DNA of 64,000 nucleotides from Myxococcaceae bacterium (GTDB lineage Bacteria; Myxococcota; Myxococcia; Myxococcales; Myxococcaceae): NCBI GenBank assembly GCA_044223505.1, contig JBGALX010000012.1, positions 154,174 to 218,173 of the forward strand, read 5' to 3'. Shown piece by piece: positions 39,838 to 49,938 of this stretch (position 1 is its first letter; each line of letters starts with the position of its first letter). The notes under the pieces were generated by a model. It saw only the letters and a program-made list of their open reading frames with translations, ran no database searches and was not told where the DNA came from. The position numbers and the translations under genes were made by a program.

Positions 39838-42495
39838 CTACGGCCCGTCCATCCACGTGACGGCTTCGTCTTGCGCCATGATGACGCTGGGAAACGTCGG
39901 GTCCATCAGGAAGCCGTGATTGCCCGTCGCGGCGCCGGCCCACAGGTGCTCGCCGAAGCTGGCCGGTGAGCTGGTGCGGTCGATGCTGTCGATGAGCAGG
40001 CGCGTCGTGACGTTCGGAATCCACGGGTCGCTCTGAACCCACTGCACGAAGAGGCGCTTCTTCGGGTACGTCGGCAGCGGCTCGTCGATGAGGTTCCGCC
40101 CGAAGTTCTGAATGTCGGCGCGGTCGATCATCCACCGCGCGGCGTCGTAGAAGTCTTCGTACCGCTGCGAGCCCGGCGCGATGCCGCGGGCCGCCATCAG
40201 GTACGCGTCGAGCTTCGCCTTCTTGTCGGCCAGAAACGCCACCTGCGCCTGCGAGAGAATGTCGGCCGGCGAGGCGCCGCCCACGTTCAGCACCGCGCTC
40301 GTCACCTCGGGGTTCGCAGCCACCGCCAGAGAGCCCATCACGCTGCCCAAGGACATGCCGATGTAGCCGACCTTCGACACGTCGAGCCGCTCGGTCACGC
40401 CCGCGGTCGCCGGGTCGTCGACGTTCAGCGAGCCGATGCCGGCCGTCGTGTCTTTCACCACGCGCACGAGCTGCGCCGTGTCGATGATCAGCTGCCGAAT
40501 CTGATCTCGCGTCGCCGCCAGGTTCGTCGTCGAGCTGAACTTGAGGCCCGTGATGGCCGGCGTGCCGAGCAGGCCCTCGGCTCCGCTCACGACGCGGTAC
40601 TGCCCCGGCGGGCACCGGTGCCCCGTGCACTGAAACCCCGTCGCGCAGTCGGCGTCTGCCGTGCAGTAGCTGCGGTCGCCGTGCAGCGGGTGGTCGATGG
40701 CGAGCAGCGCGTAGCCGTGCCGCGCGATGGAGTTCGCGATGAACAGCGCGTCGCGCCGGAACCGCGAGATGCCGTGCTGAAAGACGATGATGGGAATGCG
40801 GCCGTCGGCGTTCTTCGCCGTCTTCGGCAGCACCAGCATGAACTTGATGGCCTCCTGCCGCGGCGTCACCAGCGTTGCGTCGGTGAACGGCCCCTCGGTC
40901 TCGACCGTCACCGGGCTCATCGGGTTCGTCAGGTCGAGCTCGGTGCCGTTCAGGTTCAGCGCGTTGCCCGTGATGAACGTGCCCTCGCGGCCCTCACGCA
41001 CCTGCGAGTGGAAGTCGATGCCGCTGAACTGCGAGACGAGCGCCAGCTGCCCCGCCTGCTGCAGCGGCCCCACGTCGCTCACCGCCGTCGGCAGGCTCCA
41101 CTCGGCCGGCTTGCCGCGCAGCTCGGCGAGCGTCGGGCCCGTCGTCAGCGTCGTGAACGACCACGCGTGCAACAGGTCTGCGCGCGCGACGCCCTTCGCG
41201 TCGGCCGCCGCCGCCGCCGCCGCCACCGACCTCCGCAGCCGCTCGAGGTCGCCCGCGCGCTCGTCGTCGAGTATGCGAACGCGGCTCTTGCCGTCGTCGC
41301 CGGCGAACGGCGCGCCCGCCGTCAGCAGCGCCAGCGCCGGAGCCGCCACCACGTCGCGCCCGTCGGTCGTCTTCGCCCCCTTCGTCCACAGCACCGCGTA
41401 GCGGTGGTGGCCGCGCAGCGCGCGCGTGGGCTTCAAGAGAACCTGGTCGGGCCCGGTCTTCGTCGTCAGCGTGAACGCCGCGGGCGCGTTGCCGTCGTCG
41501 AGGTCGAGCAGCTGGAACTGCGTGGCCGCGAGCGTCGACGCCTGCAGGCCGATGCCGACCGCGCCGTCGTCGAAGCTGCGCTCGGTGACGATCGAGGCGG
41601 TCGTCGAGAAGCCGTCGAGCTTCTGAAGGTCGGCCTTCGTCTGGCGCACGAGGTCGTCGTCGCCGTCTTCTTCGGGCAGCACGGGGTGGCCGCCCTTCAA
41701 CAGCGCGTCGCACGGAAACGGAATCGTGCGCACGGCGGGGTCGAACGCGACGACGGGCGTGGTGAGCACGGTGCTCTGCGTGCGGAAGCTCCACACGGCG
41801 GCGAGGTTCTCGCGCGGAGCGCCGCCGGCCTCGATGGAGTCGACCACCGGCTTCACCATCAGGCGGGCGGTCTCCATCTTCACGGCCTTCTTGCGCTCGT
41901 CGTCGAGCGTCTTGCCGCGAATGCCGGGGTTCGTGCTCCGGCACGCAGGGTCCTTCAGGTCGGTGCACGAGACGAGCGGGTACTTCACGAGCAACAGGTC
42001 GAGCGCGGCGGTGCCGACGACCTTCTCGCCGTTGGCGCCCTTCACGCCGTTCGGGCCGGCCATCACCGCGAGGGTGTACGTGCTGCCGGGCTTCCACGCG
42101 AAGTCGACCCGCACCTGCCGCTTCTCGGCGTCGTAGGCGACGGTCTTCGCGGTGAGCCGCGCGACGCCGCCCTGCGAGTGGCCGAACAGCAGCACGTTCT
42201 CGGCGTTGACGGTGTCGGGGTTGAGCTCGCCGCTGAAGTCGACGGTCGCGACGCTCGTGACGGGGAAGCCGTTGAGCGTGCGCAGCCACGCGTAGAACGC
42301 CTTCTCGGCGTCGTTGGCGTCGGCGGGGTCGGCGGCGTCGATGCGCTGGGTGTCGGGGTCGATCGCGAGCAGGTTCGGCAGCGGGAGCTTCGGCTCGGCG
42401 AGCGCGGGCTCGAACTGCGCGACGACGACGGCCGGCTTCTGCGAGGGCGTGCTGCCACACGCAGCGAGGACGAGGGCGAGTCCGAGACGCTTCAT
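39838..42495 (-). CDS. Large lipoprotein with a C-terminal alpha/beta-hydrolase (lipase/esterase-like, GxSxG) domain.
   Basis: ATG at 42495 (a GTG at 42513 is also possible). Lipobox LVLAACGS. IVFQHGI...GYIGMSLGS nucleophile elbow. Confidence 0.75.
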   Translation of the reverse strand: MKRLGLALVLAACGSTPSQKPAVVVAQFEPALAEPKLPLPNLLAIDPDTQRIDAADPADANDAEKAFYAWLRTLNGFPVTSVATVDFSGELNPDTVNAENVLLFGHSQGGVARLTAKTVAYDAEKRQVRVDFAWKPGSTYTLAVMAGPNGVKGANGEKVVGTAALDLLLVKYPLVSCTDLKDPACRSTNPGIRGKTLDDERKKAVKMETARLMVKPVVDSIEAGGAPRENLAAVWSFRTQSTVLTTPVVAFDPAVRTIPFPCDALLKGGHPVLPEEDGDDDLVRQTKADLQKLDGFSTTASIVTERSFDDGAVGIGLQASTLAATQFQLLDLDDGNAPAAFTLTTKTGPDQVLLKPTRALRGHHRYAVLWTKGAKTTDGRDVVAAPALALLTAGAPFAGDDGKSRVRILDDERAGDLERLRRSVAAAAAAADAKGVARADLLHAWSFTTLTTGPTLAELRGKPAEWSLPTAVSDVGPLQQAGQLALVSQFSGIDFHSQVREGREGTFITGNALNLNGTELDLTNPMSPVTVETEGPFTDATLVTPRQEAIKFMLVLPKTAKNADGRIPIIVFQHGISRFRRDALFIANSIARHGYALLAIDHPLHGDRSYCTADADCATGFQCTGHRCPPGQYRVVSGAEGLLGTPAITGLKFSSTTNLAATRDQIRQLIIDTAQLVRVVKDTTAGIGSLNVDDPATAGVTERLDVSKVGYIGMSLGSVMGSLAVAANPEVTSAVLNVGGASPADILSQAQVAFLADKKAKLDAYLMAARGIAPGSQRYEDFYDAARWMIDRADIQNFGRNLIDEPLPTYPKKRLFVQWVQSDPWIPNVTTRLLIDSIDRTSSPASFGEHLWAGAATGNHGFLMDPTFPSVIMAQDEAVTWMDGP

Positions 42496-42568
42496 GAGCG
42501 CGGGTCGTAGCACTGATTCCCGACCTGCTTCACCTCAGCGCGGCACGCCGCATTCGGATGAACCGGGT

Positions 42569-43588
42569 ATGCTGCGCGCCAGCGTGAACGTCTCGTGCAC
42601 GAGCTGTGGAAAGGCGTACGTGCTGCCGGCGGGCTCGGCGGTGCCTGGCATCAAGCTGCGGGTGAAGTGCAAGTCGTGCCAGCAGGTGTTCGAGGTCACC
42701 GAAGAGATGATCGCGAAGGCGCAGGAGGCCGGCGAAGAGTCGCTGTCGCAGGTGCCCGACGCTCCGTCGAAGCCGCCGGCGTCTGATCCGAACGCCATCG
42801 GCGAGGTCACGCGACACTTCATCAACCAGTCGGGCGCGAACAAGCGCAACCCGCCGTGGAAGATTGCGCTGTTCGTCGTCGGCATCATCGGCCTGCCGAT
42901 CGGCGTGCTGTTTCTCCTCTCGACGTTCAAGGTCGTCAGCGTGACGGTCGTGAACGAGCGCGGCGAAGAGGTCGAGCAGTCGTTCTTCACCGGCGACGGC
43001 ATGTCGGCGATCGGCGACGTGCTGTCGGGCAAGGCGGCCGAGAAGCGCGCCGAGGCGAAGGCGCGGGCCGAGGCGAAGAAGCGCGCGGCGGCGTCTGTGC
43101 TCGACGGCGCGAAGTCGGCCGAGGTCGACACGAGCGGGCTCGGCTCGCGCAAGGGCACCGGCCCGGGCCAGACCGAGAAGATGGGCGGCGTCACCGGCTC
43201 GCTCGGTGCGTTCTACGGGGACACCGAGAAGAAGGACAAAGGGCCGCGGGTGAGGGCCGACGACGACAGCGCTCCGAAGGCGCACGCGGGCGGGCTCGAC
43301 GAGGGCGAGGCGGCGAAGGTGGTCGCGCACTCGCAGATGGCGTTTCAAGACTGCATCGAGTCGGGGCTGCGCCGGAACCCGAACCTGAAGGTGGGCAAGG
43401 TGGCGATGGCGGTGACGGTGGCGCCGTCGGGCGCCGTGAAGGGCGCGGCCATCTCGCCGAAGGTGCACGAGACGAGCGACTGGGGCTCGTGCCTGATGCA
43501 GCGCGCGAGGCGCATGGTGTTTCCGCCGTTCGACGGCGACGAAGAGGCCGAGATCCAGGTGCCGCTCGTCGTCGGCGTGTCGCTCTGA
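42569..43588 (+). CDS. MJ0042-type zinc-ribbon membrane protein with an AgmX/PglI-type C-terminal domain.
   Basis: CTSCGKAYVLP...RVKCKSCQQVFEV. TM segment IALFVVGIIGLPIGVLFLL. C-terminus QDCIESGLRRNPNLKVGKVAMAVTVAPSGAV...CLMQRARRMVFPPFDG. Confidence 0.65.
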   Translation: MLRASVNVSCTSCGKAYVLPAGSAVPGIKLRVKCKSCQQVFEVTEEMIAKAQEAGEESLSQVPDAPSKPPASDPNAIGEVTRHFINQSGANKRNPPWKIALFVVGIIGLPIGVLFLLSTFKVVSVTVVNERGEEVEQSFFTGDGMSAIGDVLSGKAAEKRAEAKARAEAKKRAAASVLDGAKSAEVDTSGLGSRKGTGPGQTEKMGGVTGSLGAFYGDTEKKDKGPRVRADDDSAPKAHAGGLDEGEAAKVVAHSQMAFQDCIESGLRRNPNLKVGKVAMAVTVAPSGAVKGAAISPKVHETSDWGSCLMQRARRMVFPPFDGDEEAEIQVPLVVGVSL

Positions 43589-43720
43589 GCGTTGTAGGCC
43601 CGGGCCTGCAGCCTTCGACCGACGTGCTCCGCCGTCATGAGACAGGTCGCTGAGCGTGCGGACAACCGGGCGGCGCGCGGCGGGGGGCATGCGGCACGTG
43701 CGGTGCTCAAGAGCACTCGC

Positions 43721-44479
43721 ATGCAAACCACTTCGTGGATCATCGTGGTGATGGTGCTCGGCTCGGGCTGCAGCGGGGTCGAGGCGCTCGAGGGCGCCGT
43801 GCTGCTGAACCAGCAGTGCAGCACCGAGTTCTGCGGAGTGTTCGCGTCGGCCGACTTCGGCCCGGCCGACACCGTGTGCACGCGAAGCGAGGTCGCGGGG
43901 TGCGAGGTCGTCGAGTGCGCTGCGGCGGGCCGGGAGCGGCTCGGCAAGGACTCGAACGCCGGTGACGTCTCGATTCTGGGCGCCCAGAACGGCGACGTGA
44001 GCTTGCGCTGGCAGAAGGGCGAGTACGAGTCGGTGTTCCGAGAAGGGCAGGCGTGGGCAGGTGGCGAGACGCTGTACGTGTCGACGAGCGGCGGCGTCGT
44101 GCCGGCGTTCACGAGCGAGCTGCCGGCGCCGCACGCGCTGCAGCTGAACGCGCCCGACTGCGGGCTCGAGTGCGCGCCGTTCAGCCGCCGCGTGGACCTG
44201 CCGGTGTCGTGGAGCGGACCTGCTGGCACGAAGGCCCAGGTGACCCTGTCGTCGGCGAAGCGAAACGTCGAGCGCGTGCTCGTGCGGTGCGAGCTCGCCG
44301 AGAGCCCCGGAGTGGTGCCGGCCGCCGCGCTGCAGAAGCTCCGCCGCAGCGGTGACGGCTACACGGGCACGCTCATCTTCACGCCGTTCACGCAGCGCAC
44401 CGTCGTCGCGGGCGACTGGCGCGTCGAGCTGCGCGCCGAGGTCGACGCCGCCGCGAAGTTCTTCACCACCGCCGATTAG
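43721..44479 (+). CDS. Lipoprotein of unknown function.
   Basis: Lipobox VLGSGCSG. High GC3. Confidence 0.6.
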   Translation: MQTTSWIIVVMVLGSGCSGVEALEGAVLLNQQCSTEFCGVFASADFGPADTVCTRSEVAGCEVVECAAAGRERLGKDSNAGDVSILGAQNGDVSLRWQKGEYESVFREGQAWAGGETLYVSTSGGVVPAFTSELPAPHALQLNAPDCGLECAPFSRRVDLPVSWSGPAGTKAQVTLSSAKRNVERVLVRCELAESPGVVPAAALQKLRRSGDGYTGTLIFTPFTQRTVVAGDWRVELRAEVDAAAKFFTTAD

Positions 44480-44502
44480 GTCGACGCCCTTCCCGGCTCG
44501 CA

Positions 44503-45036
44503 CTAGCAGCGGCGCCCGCAGACCTTCCGCCCGTCGGGGCAGGTCGTCGGCATACCCGAGCTGCACGTCACGGTGCAGTCGCCCTTGCAGGCGCACTTCG
44601 CCGAGTTGGAGCACGCGAGGCTGCACGTGCCGCTCGTGCACTCGAGGTCGCACTCGGACTCGTTACTGCACGCGAGCGAGCTCCCGTCCGCTCCGTCGAC
44701 GCTGCAGTGGGCGGCGTTCGAGCACCCGGCGGCGACCTTGCCATTCACGGTGAGGTCGCAGGTCGACTCGTTGCTGCACTGTACCGTCGTGTCGGCGCCG
44801 GCGGTGCCGTTGCACGTCGCGCTGTTCGTGCAGGCGATGGTCGAGTCGGCCCCGGTCGCGATGAGGCACGTCGCGGTGTTGGTGCAGCCGACGTTGCACG
44901 AGGTGCCGCAGGTGGCGCTGCAGCTGCCCGTGGTGCACGAGCACGCGCTCGGCGTCAGACAGCTCGTGGGTCTGGGGCTCGTGCCGCAGGAGACGAGCGA
45001 CGAGAAGAGCAGCAACGCGACGCAGGCTCGAGTCAT
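44503..45036 (-). CDS. Cys-rich lipoprotein built from at least six tandem 12-residue C[ST]N..[AS].C repeats. The pattern resembles a disulfide-braced beta-helix of the insect-antifreeze type.
   Basis: Lipobox SLVSCG. Repeats CTNTATCLIATG, ACTNSATCNGTA, QCSNESTCDLTV, GCSNAAHCSVDG, ACSNESECDLEC, ACSNSAKCACKG. Confidence 0.6.
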   Translation of the reverse strand: MTRACVALLLFSSLVSCGTSPRPTSCLTPSACSCTTGSCSATCGTSCNVGCTNTATCLIATGADSTIACTNSATCNGTAGADTTVQCSNESTCDLTVNGKVAAGCSNAAHCSVDGADGSSLACSNESECDLECTSGTCSLACSNSAKCACKGDCTVTCSSGMPTTCPDGRKVCGRRC

Positions 45037-45063
45037 GGCGCGGCAGAATACTGCTAGACCGCC

Positions 45064-45873
45064 GTGCCCATGAGCCAGGCATGGAAGACGATCATCCTGT
45101 GGGTCGTGCTGATCGTGCTGTTCGTCGCCTTCTACAACGTGTTCCAGCACCGGCCCGAGGCGGGCGACGCTCCGGTCGCGGCTCCGGCGACGCAGACCGA
45201 CCTGACGGGGCTGGCCGCGCAGTGGCTGCCGATCGTCTTCCTCTTCCTGTTCTTCGTCTTCTTCATGCGCGCGCTGCAGAAGCGGCACGCAGCGTCGCAC
45301 GAGGGCGCGCGGCTGCTCGCCCAGGGGCGCTACCTGCAAGCGCTCGAGCACTTCGAGAAGTATCGGCGGCAGCAGGCCAAGCAGGCGGCTGGGCCGTTCA
45401 ACAGCGGCGTGGCGCGGCTTCAGCTGTGGAAGCTCGACGAAGCCGTCGCGGACCTCGAGGCCGCCGAGAAGCTCGGAGGAGGCCGGCACGCGCAGCTCGG
45501 GCCCCTGCTGCAGGAGCACCTGGCGCTCTCGCTGGCGCTGCTGGGCCGCTCGGACGACGCCCGTCGAAGGCTGGCCAGTGTCCCGCACGACGAGGGCGAC
45601 CCCGGCCGCATCGGCCTCGCCGAGGCGATTCTGCTCGCGCGCTCGGGTGACGCAGCCGGCGCCCGCACGAGGCTCGGAGCGTTCGAGGTGAAGCAGCTCG
45701 GCGGCTCGGTCGGAGCGCTCGCCCGCACGCTCGACGCCCTCTGCATCGAGCAGCTCTCGGGCGAGCGGCGCCACATCGACCGCGTCGCGCTGTACGGCGA
45801 GGTCTCGCCCGACGGGCTGAAGAAGGTCTGGCCCGAGCTGGTGGCGTTCGTCGACCGGGCGCCGGCGTGGTGA
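45064..45873 (+). CDS. Membrane protein with two TM helices and a TPR-like helical cytoplasmic domain.
   Basis: TM segments IILWVVLIVLFVAF and LPIVFLFLFFVFF. Confidence 0.55.
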   Translation: MPMSQAWKTIILWVVLIVLFVAFYNVFQHRPEAGDAPVAAPATQTDLTGLAAQWLPIVFLFLFFVFFMRALQKRHAASHEGARLLAQGRYLQALEHFEKYRRQQAKQAAGPFNSGVARLQLWKLDEAVADLEAAEKLGGGRHAQLGPLLQEHLALSLALLGRSDDARRRLASVPHDEGDPGRIGLAEAILLARSGDAAGARTRLGAFEVKQLGGSVGALARTLDALCIEQLSGERRHIDRVALYGEVSPDGLKKVWPELVAFVDRAPAW

Positions 45874-45894
45874 GCGCGTGCTAGTTTTTCGCGC

Positions 45895-46446
45895 ATGCTC
45901 GCGGCGGTGACCCTCATGGCGCTCTCGACTGCTCCCGGTGAAGTGTCGCTGTTTCAAGAGCTCGGCAAAGACGTCGTGCTCGACGGCGCCATCGCGACCG
46001 TCATCGCGCAGCACCCCATCGGCCACGTCGACGGCAAGAGCCCGGTGTACCTCGACGTGCCCGGCAACTCGCAGACGGTCGCGTACGTGCCGAAGGGCTT
46101 CGACTGCAAGGGGCCGGTGATGCTCGAGGGCAAGGTCATCGAGCTCAAGGCGGGCGGCAAGCGCCAGAAGAGCGAAGAGGTCTTCCGCGTCGCGCAGCTC
46201 GACGTCGAGAGGTGGCAGTGCCTGCCGGCGTCGGTCGATGCGCTGCTCGAGAAGGGCGACGAGGCGAAGCTGCTCGAGCTCGGGCGCGCGGCGCTGCCGG
46301 GGCTCGTGCGGCTGTCGTCGAAGCCCGCGGCGGTGGCCGTGCTCGAGAAGCTCGTGACGCCGAAGGCGAAGGTGACCGACTGGCCCGCGTGGTGGCGCGC
46401 GCGGTGGAAGAAGTCGCTCGCCGAGCTGCGGGCAGAGTCGCCGTGA
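45895..46446 (+). CDS. Hypothetical protein.
   Basis: High GC3. No recognisable motif. Confidence 0.45.
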   Translation: MLAAVTLMALSTAPGEVSLFQELGKDVVLDGAIATVIAQHPIGHVDGKSPVYLDVPGNSQTVAYVPKGFDCKGPVMLEGKVIELKAGGKRQKSEEVFRVAQLDVERWQCLPASVDALLEKGDEAKLLELGRAALPGLVRLSSKPAAVAVLEKLVTPKAKVTDWPAWWRARWKKSLAELRAESP

Positions 46447-47273
46447 TGCGCGCGCTCGCCCTCTTCGTCGCGCTCGCCGTGCTCGAGGCCGGCTGCACGC
46501 TCGTGACGTGCGACGACATCTGCGACCCGCAGGCCGGCGGCGCCGGCGGCGACGGAGGCGGCAGCACGGCCGGCGGCGGCAGCGCCGGAGGCGCGAGCAC
46601 TGCGGGCGGCAGCGGCACAGCGGGAGGCGCCAGCACGGCAGGTGGAGCCACGGCCGGCGGCGCGACGGCGGGCGGCGCGACGGCGGGCGGTGAAGAGATG
46701 GACGGCGGGACGGCAGGAGGCGCCGCAGGAGGCGCCGCAGGAGGGGCGGCCGGCGGCGCATCGGCCGGAGGCGCCGCGGGCGGCGCCGTCGTCTTCGTCA
46801 CGAACGCGACCTTTCACGGCAACCTGCAGCTGCAGGCGCCGGGGAAGATCGGGGCCGAGGCCGCCGACCAGCTGTGCGCGCAGGCTGCGACGGGCGCTGC
46901 GCTGGCCGGCACGTTCAAGGCGTTCGTGTCGGGCAGCCCGGGCTTCACGGCCTCGAGCCGCCTGAGCGACTCGTCGCCGTGGTACCTGCGGGGCACGACG
47001 ACGGTGGCCTTCGCGACGAAGAACAGCCTGCTCGCGTCGCCCGGCCTGCCCATCAACCGCAACGAGCTCGGCAACGTCATCGTCGGCACGAGCGACGTGT
47101 GGACGGGCACGGCCGTCGGCGGCATGGGCGGGGCGAACTGCAGCACGTGGTCGAACAACACGAGCGCGATGGCGCTCAAGGGCTCGGCCACGAGCGCCGC
47201 GCAGTGGTCGACGAACGGCGCCGCGGTCGCGTGCAGCCAGAGCGCGCGGCTCTACTGCTTCGAGCAGCGCTGA
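46446..47273 (+). CDS. Lipoprotein with a Gly/Ala/Thr linker and a conserved Cys-containing C-terminal domain.
   Basis: ATG overlaps the upstream TGA. Lipobox VLEAGC. Confidence 0.6.
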   Translation: MRALALFVALAVLEAGCTLVTCDDICDPQAGGAGGDGGGSTAGGGSAGGASTAGGSGTAGGASTAGGATAGGATAGGATAGGEEMDGGTAGGAAGGAAGGAAGGASAGGAAGGAVVFVTNATFHGNLQLQAPGKIGAEAADQLCAQAATGAALAGTFKAFVSGSPGFTASSRLSDSSPWYLRGTTTVAFATKNSLLASPGLPINRNELGNVIVGTSDVWTGTAVGGMGGANCSTWSNNTSAMALKGSATSAAQWSTNGAAVACSQSARLYCFEQR

Positions 47274-47356
47274 GCCCCGCGCGGGGCGCGGCTCGAGCAC
47301 GCGGCCGAGCACGAGCGCGTTGCGGTCACGGCCGACAGACATTCGGGGGCGGCCGA

Positions 47357-48247
47357 TCAGAGCTGCAGGTCGAGCACGAGGGGCAGGTGGTCGGACACCG
47401 CGGCGAAGTCGGCGACCGTCTGGTCGAGCCGGAGCGCGGCGGGCAGGCCGCCGTCGCGCTCGCCGTCGAGCGTGGCCGTCGCGACGACGTGGTCGAGCAG
47501 AATCATGCGCGGCACGAACGTGAAGACGCCGGCGTCGGCGAGGCCGGGCGTGAGCGCGCGGAACACCGCGGGCTCTCGCACGAACGGAGCGAACGCCTCG
47601 GCCGAGCGCGGGTCCGACGGCGCCTCGTTGAAGTCGCCGAGCAGCAGCCAGTCGGGCTCGCCCGCGTCGATGCGGTCGCGCAGCCAGCCGTCGAGCGCGC
47701 CGAGCGCGTCGATGCGCGTCTGCTCGTCGGCCGGCCGAATGCCCGCCTTCAGGTGCACGGCGACGACCGAGAACCCGGCGTCGCGGGCGGTGAGCGTCGT
47801 GCGCCACGCGAGCGGAGGCCTCGGGAAGCGCTGCCCGTCGGTCGAGAAGACGTTCTGCGCCGAGGTCACCGTGACCGTCGCGCGCTTCCAGAAGACGGCC
47901 TGCAAGAGGTCGCCCGAGCCGGGCGCGAGCTCGCCCGCGTGACCGTCGTAGCCCTGGGCGCGGAGCAGGGCCTCGAGCGCCGTGAAGGTCGCGACGCTCG
48001 AGAGCTCCTGCACGGTGACGAGCTCGGGCGACTGCGCCGCGATGAGCTCGGCCACCCGCTGCGGCGAGCCGCCGTCGGCGCCGAGCTGCCTCACGTTCCA
48101 CGTCATCACGCGCACCGGCACCGGCGTCACGGGCTGCTGGCCGGCGTCGGGCCCGGAGTCGGCGACGCCCGAGTCGATGACGCCCGAGTCAGCCGGCGCG
48201 GGCGCCGAGCAGGCCGCGAAGACGAGCGCGAGGAGCAGGAGCCGCAC
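47357..48247 (-). CDS. Lipoprotein of the endonuclease/exonuclease/phosphatase (EEP) family.
   Basis: GTG start. Lipobox LVFAAC. DSGVIDSGVADSG linker. VSDHLPLVLDL C-terminal motif. The 550-aa Arg-rich N-terminal extension on the ORF track is rejected. Confidence 0.7.
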   Translation of the reverse strand: MRLLLLALVFAACSAPAPADSGVIDSGVADSGPDAGQQPVTPVPVRVMTWNVRQLGADGGSPQRVAELIAAQSPELVTVQELSSVATFTALEALLRAQGYDGHAGELAPGSGDLLQAVFWKRATVTVTSAQNVFSTDGQRFPRPPLAWRTTLTARDAGFSVVAVHLKAGIRPADEQTRIDALGALDGWLRDRIDAGEPDWLLLGDFNEAPSDPRSAEAFAPFVREPAVFRALTPGLADAGVFTFVPRMILLDHVVATATLDGERDGGLPAALRLDQTVADFAAVSDHLPLVLDLQL

Positions 48248-48270
48248 GAGGCGGCATTTACCCCACCGGC

Positions 48271-49938
48271 TCAGAACTTCGAGTACGTCATCGCGCGCAC
48301 CCGCGACTGCTGCTCGGTGATGCCGGCGGCCTTGCGCATGAGGGCGACGAACTCGCGGCGCTCGGGCTGGCCCTGGGTGGCGTCGTCGGCGAGCGAGATG
48401 GCGTGCTCGAGCGAGAAGCCGCTCGCGTGAGCGTTGCCGCGCAGCACGTCGGCGGCGCCGGCGACGGCGGCGGCGAAGCGGAGCTCGGACGACGAACTCT
48501 CGAGCGGCCGGTCGACGGCCGAAACCGCGACGGTGGCCGCGGTCTCGAACGCGCCGGCGCTGCGCGGCCGCTGACCGCGCACGCGCACCGTGCCGAGCGT
48601 GCCCTCGGCCCCGGGCTTGACCTCGAGCTCGTACAGGGCGGTGACGCTGTGCCCCGCGCCGATCTCGCCGCCGTCGACCTCGTCGTTGCGGAAGTCGGCG
48701 TCGGCGACGGCGCGGTTCTCGTAGCCGAGCAGCCGGTAGCTCTTCACGACGCGCGGGTCGAACTCGACCTGCACCTTGACGTCGCGCGCGATGGTCTCGA
48801 GCGTGCCCGCCACGTCGCGCTGGAACACGCGCCGCGCCTCTTCGACCGAGTCGATGTACACCGACTGCCCGTTGCCCGAGTCGGCGAGCTTCTCCATCAG
48901 CGCGTCGCGGTAGTTGCCCATGCCGAAGCCGACGGTGGTCAGCGTCACGCCCTCGCGCACGTAGCCACGCACCTTCTCGAGCATCTGGTCGGCGGTCGTA
49001 TCGCCGATGTTCGCGTCGCCGTCGGTCAGCACGAGCACGCGCGAGACCGAGTCTTTCGAGACGCCGCGCACCGCGTGGCGGTATGCGATCTCGAGGCCGC
49101 TGCCCATCGCAGTGCCGCCGCCGGGCTGCAGCGTCGCGATGGCCGAGAGAATCGTGCTGCGCTGGTCGCCCGGCGTCGGGGGCAGCACCTCGCGCACTCC
49201 GCTCGCGTAGGTCACGAGCGCCACCGTGTCGCGCGCGTTCAGGCTGCCGACGAGCGTGCGCAGGCTCTCTTTCGCGAGCCCGATGCGGTCGTTGCCCTGC
49301 ATCGAGCAGCTCGTGTCGACGAGGAACACGAGGTGCGCCGGCAGGCGGTCGCGGTTCGCGACCTCGCGGCCCTGCAGCGCGACCTTCAGCACGTGGCGGC
49401 CGTGCGTGAACGGCGAGCGGCTGCCCTCGAGCGAGACCGAGAACGGCGCGTCTTTCGGCTGCGGCAGGTCGTAGCGGAAGGCGTTGACCCACTCTTCGAC
49501 GCGCACGCCCGATTGGACCGGCAGCGAGCCCTGGTTCAGCGTCGCGCGCCCGAGCGTGTAGCTCGCCGTGTCGACGTCGATCGCGAACGTCGAGAGCGCG
49601 TCGAGCCGCGCGTCGACCCGAGGGTTCGGAGCGACGACCGCGTGTGTGTTGCCCTGCGGCGCGGCCGGCGTCGGGCCGTAGTCGTTGCTGGTGCCGAAGT
49701 TCTGCATCGTCTTGCGCGTGAGGCTCGGGCTCTGGGCGAAGTTCTCGTCGCCCGCGAGGGCGTCGGCGCTCATGCCGAAGAGCCGGCGCACGTTGTCGCC
49801 GAACAGCATGAGAACGCCGATGAGCAGGACGATGGCGGCGGTGGTGCCGAAGACGATTTTCTGAATCACGTGGGGCGCTCCTCGAGTGGGTGACGCTCGG
49901 CACTGTGCGCTCGACGGGCGCAGGCCCGCGTCGGTCAT
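48271..49938 (-). CDS. vWA-domain protein of the YfbK/DUF3520 type with an N-terminal TM anchor.
   Basis: RBS AGGAGGAGG 9 nt upstream of the ATG. TM segment IVFGTTAAIVLLIGVLMLFG. MIDAS motif LVFLVDTSCSM. Confidence 0.8.
   Translation of the reverse strand: MTDAGLRPSSAQCRASPTRGAPHVIQKIVFGTTAAIVLLIGVLMLFGDNVRRLFGMSADALAGDENFAQSPSLTRKTMQNFGTSNDYGPTPAAPQGNTHAVVAPNPRVDARLDALSTFAIDVDTASYTLGRATLNQGSLPVQSGVRVEEWVNAFRYDLPQPKDAPFSVSLEGSRSPFTHGRHVLKVALQGREVANRDRLPAHLVFLVDTSCSMQGNDRIGLAKESLRTLVGSLNARDTVALVTYASGVREVLPPTPGDQRSTILSAIATLQPGGGTAMGSGLEIAYRHAVRGVSKDSVSRVLVLTDGDANIGDTTADQMLEKVRGYVREGVTLTTVGFGMGNYRDALMEKLADSGNGQSVYIDSVEEARRVFQRDVAGTLETIARDVKVQVEFDPRVVKSYRLLGYENRAVADADFRNDEVDGGEIGAGHSVTALYELEVKPGAEGTLGTVRVRGQRPRSAGAFETAATVAVSAVDRPLESSSSELRFAAAVAGAADVLRGNAHASGFSLEHAISLADDATQGQPERREFVALMRKAAGITEQQSRVRAMTYSKF

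Noticed and set aside
39077-39919. 280-aa plus-strand ORF spanning the poly-Arg gene and the MITE-like unit.
   Set aside because: Off-frame Arg-rich artefact. Frame 39189..39644 has the signal peptide and near-saturated GC3.
42530-44653. 707-aa minus-strand ORF.
   Set aside because: Antisense to the AgmX-like and lipoprotein genes, with nonsense composition.
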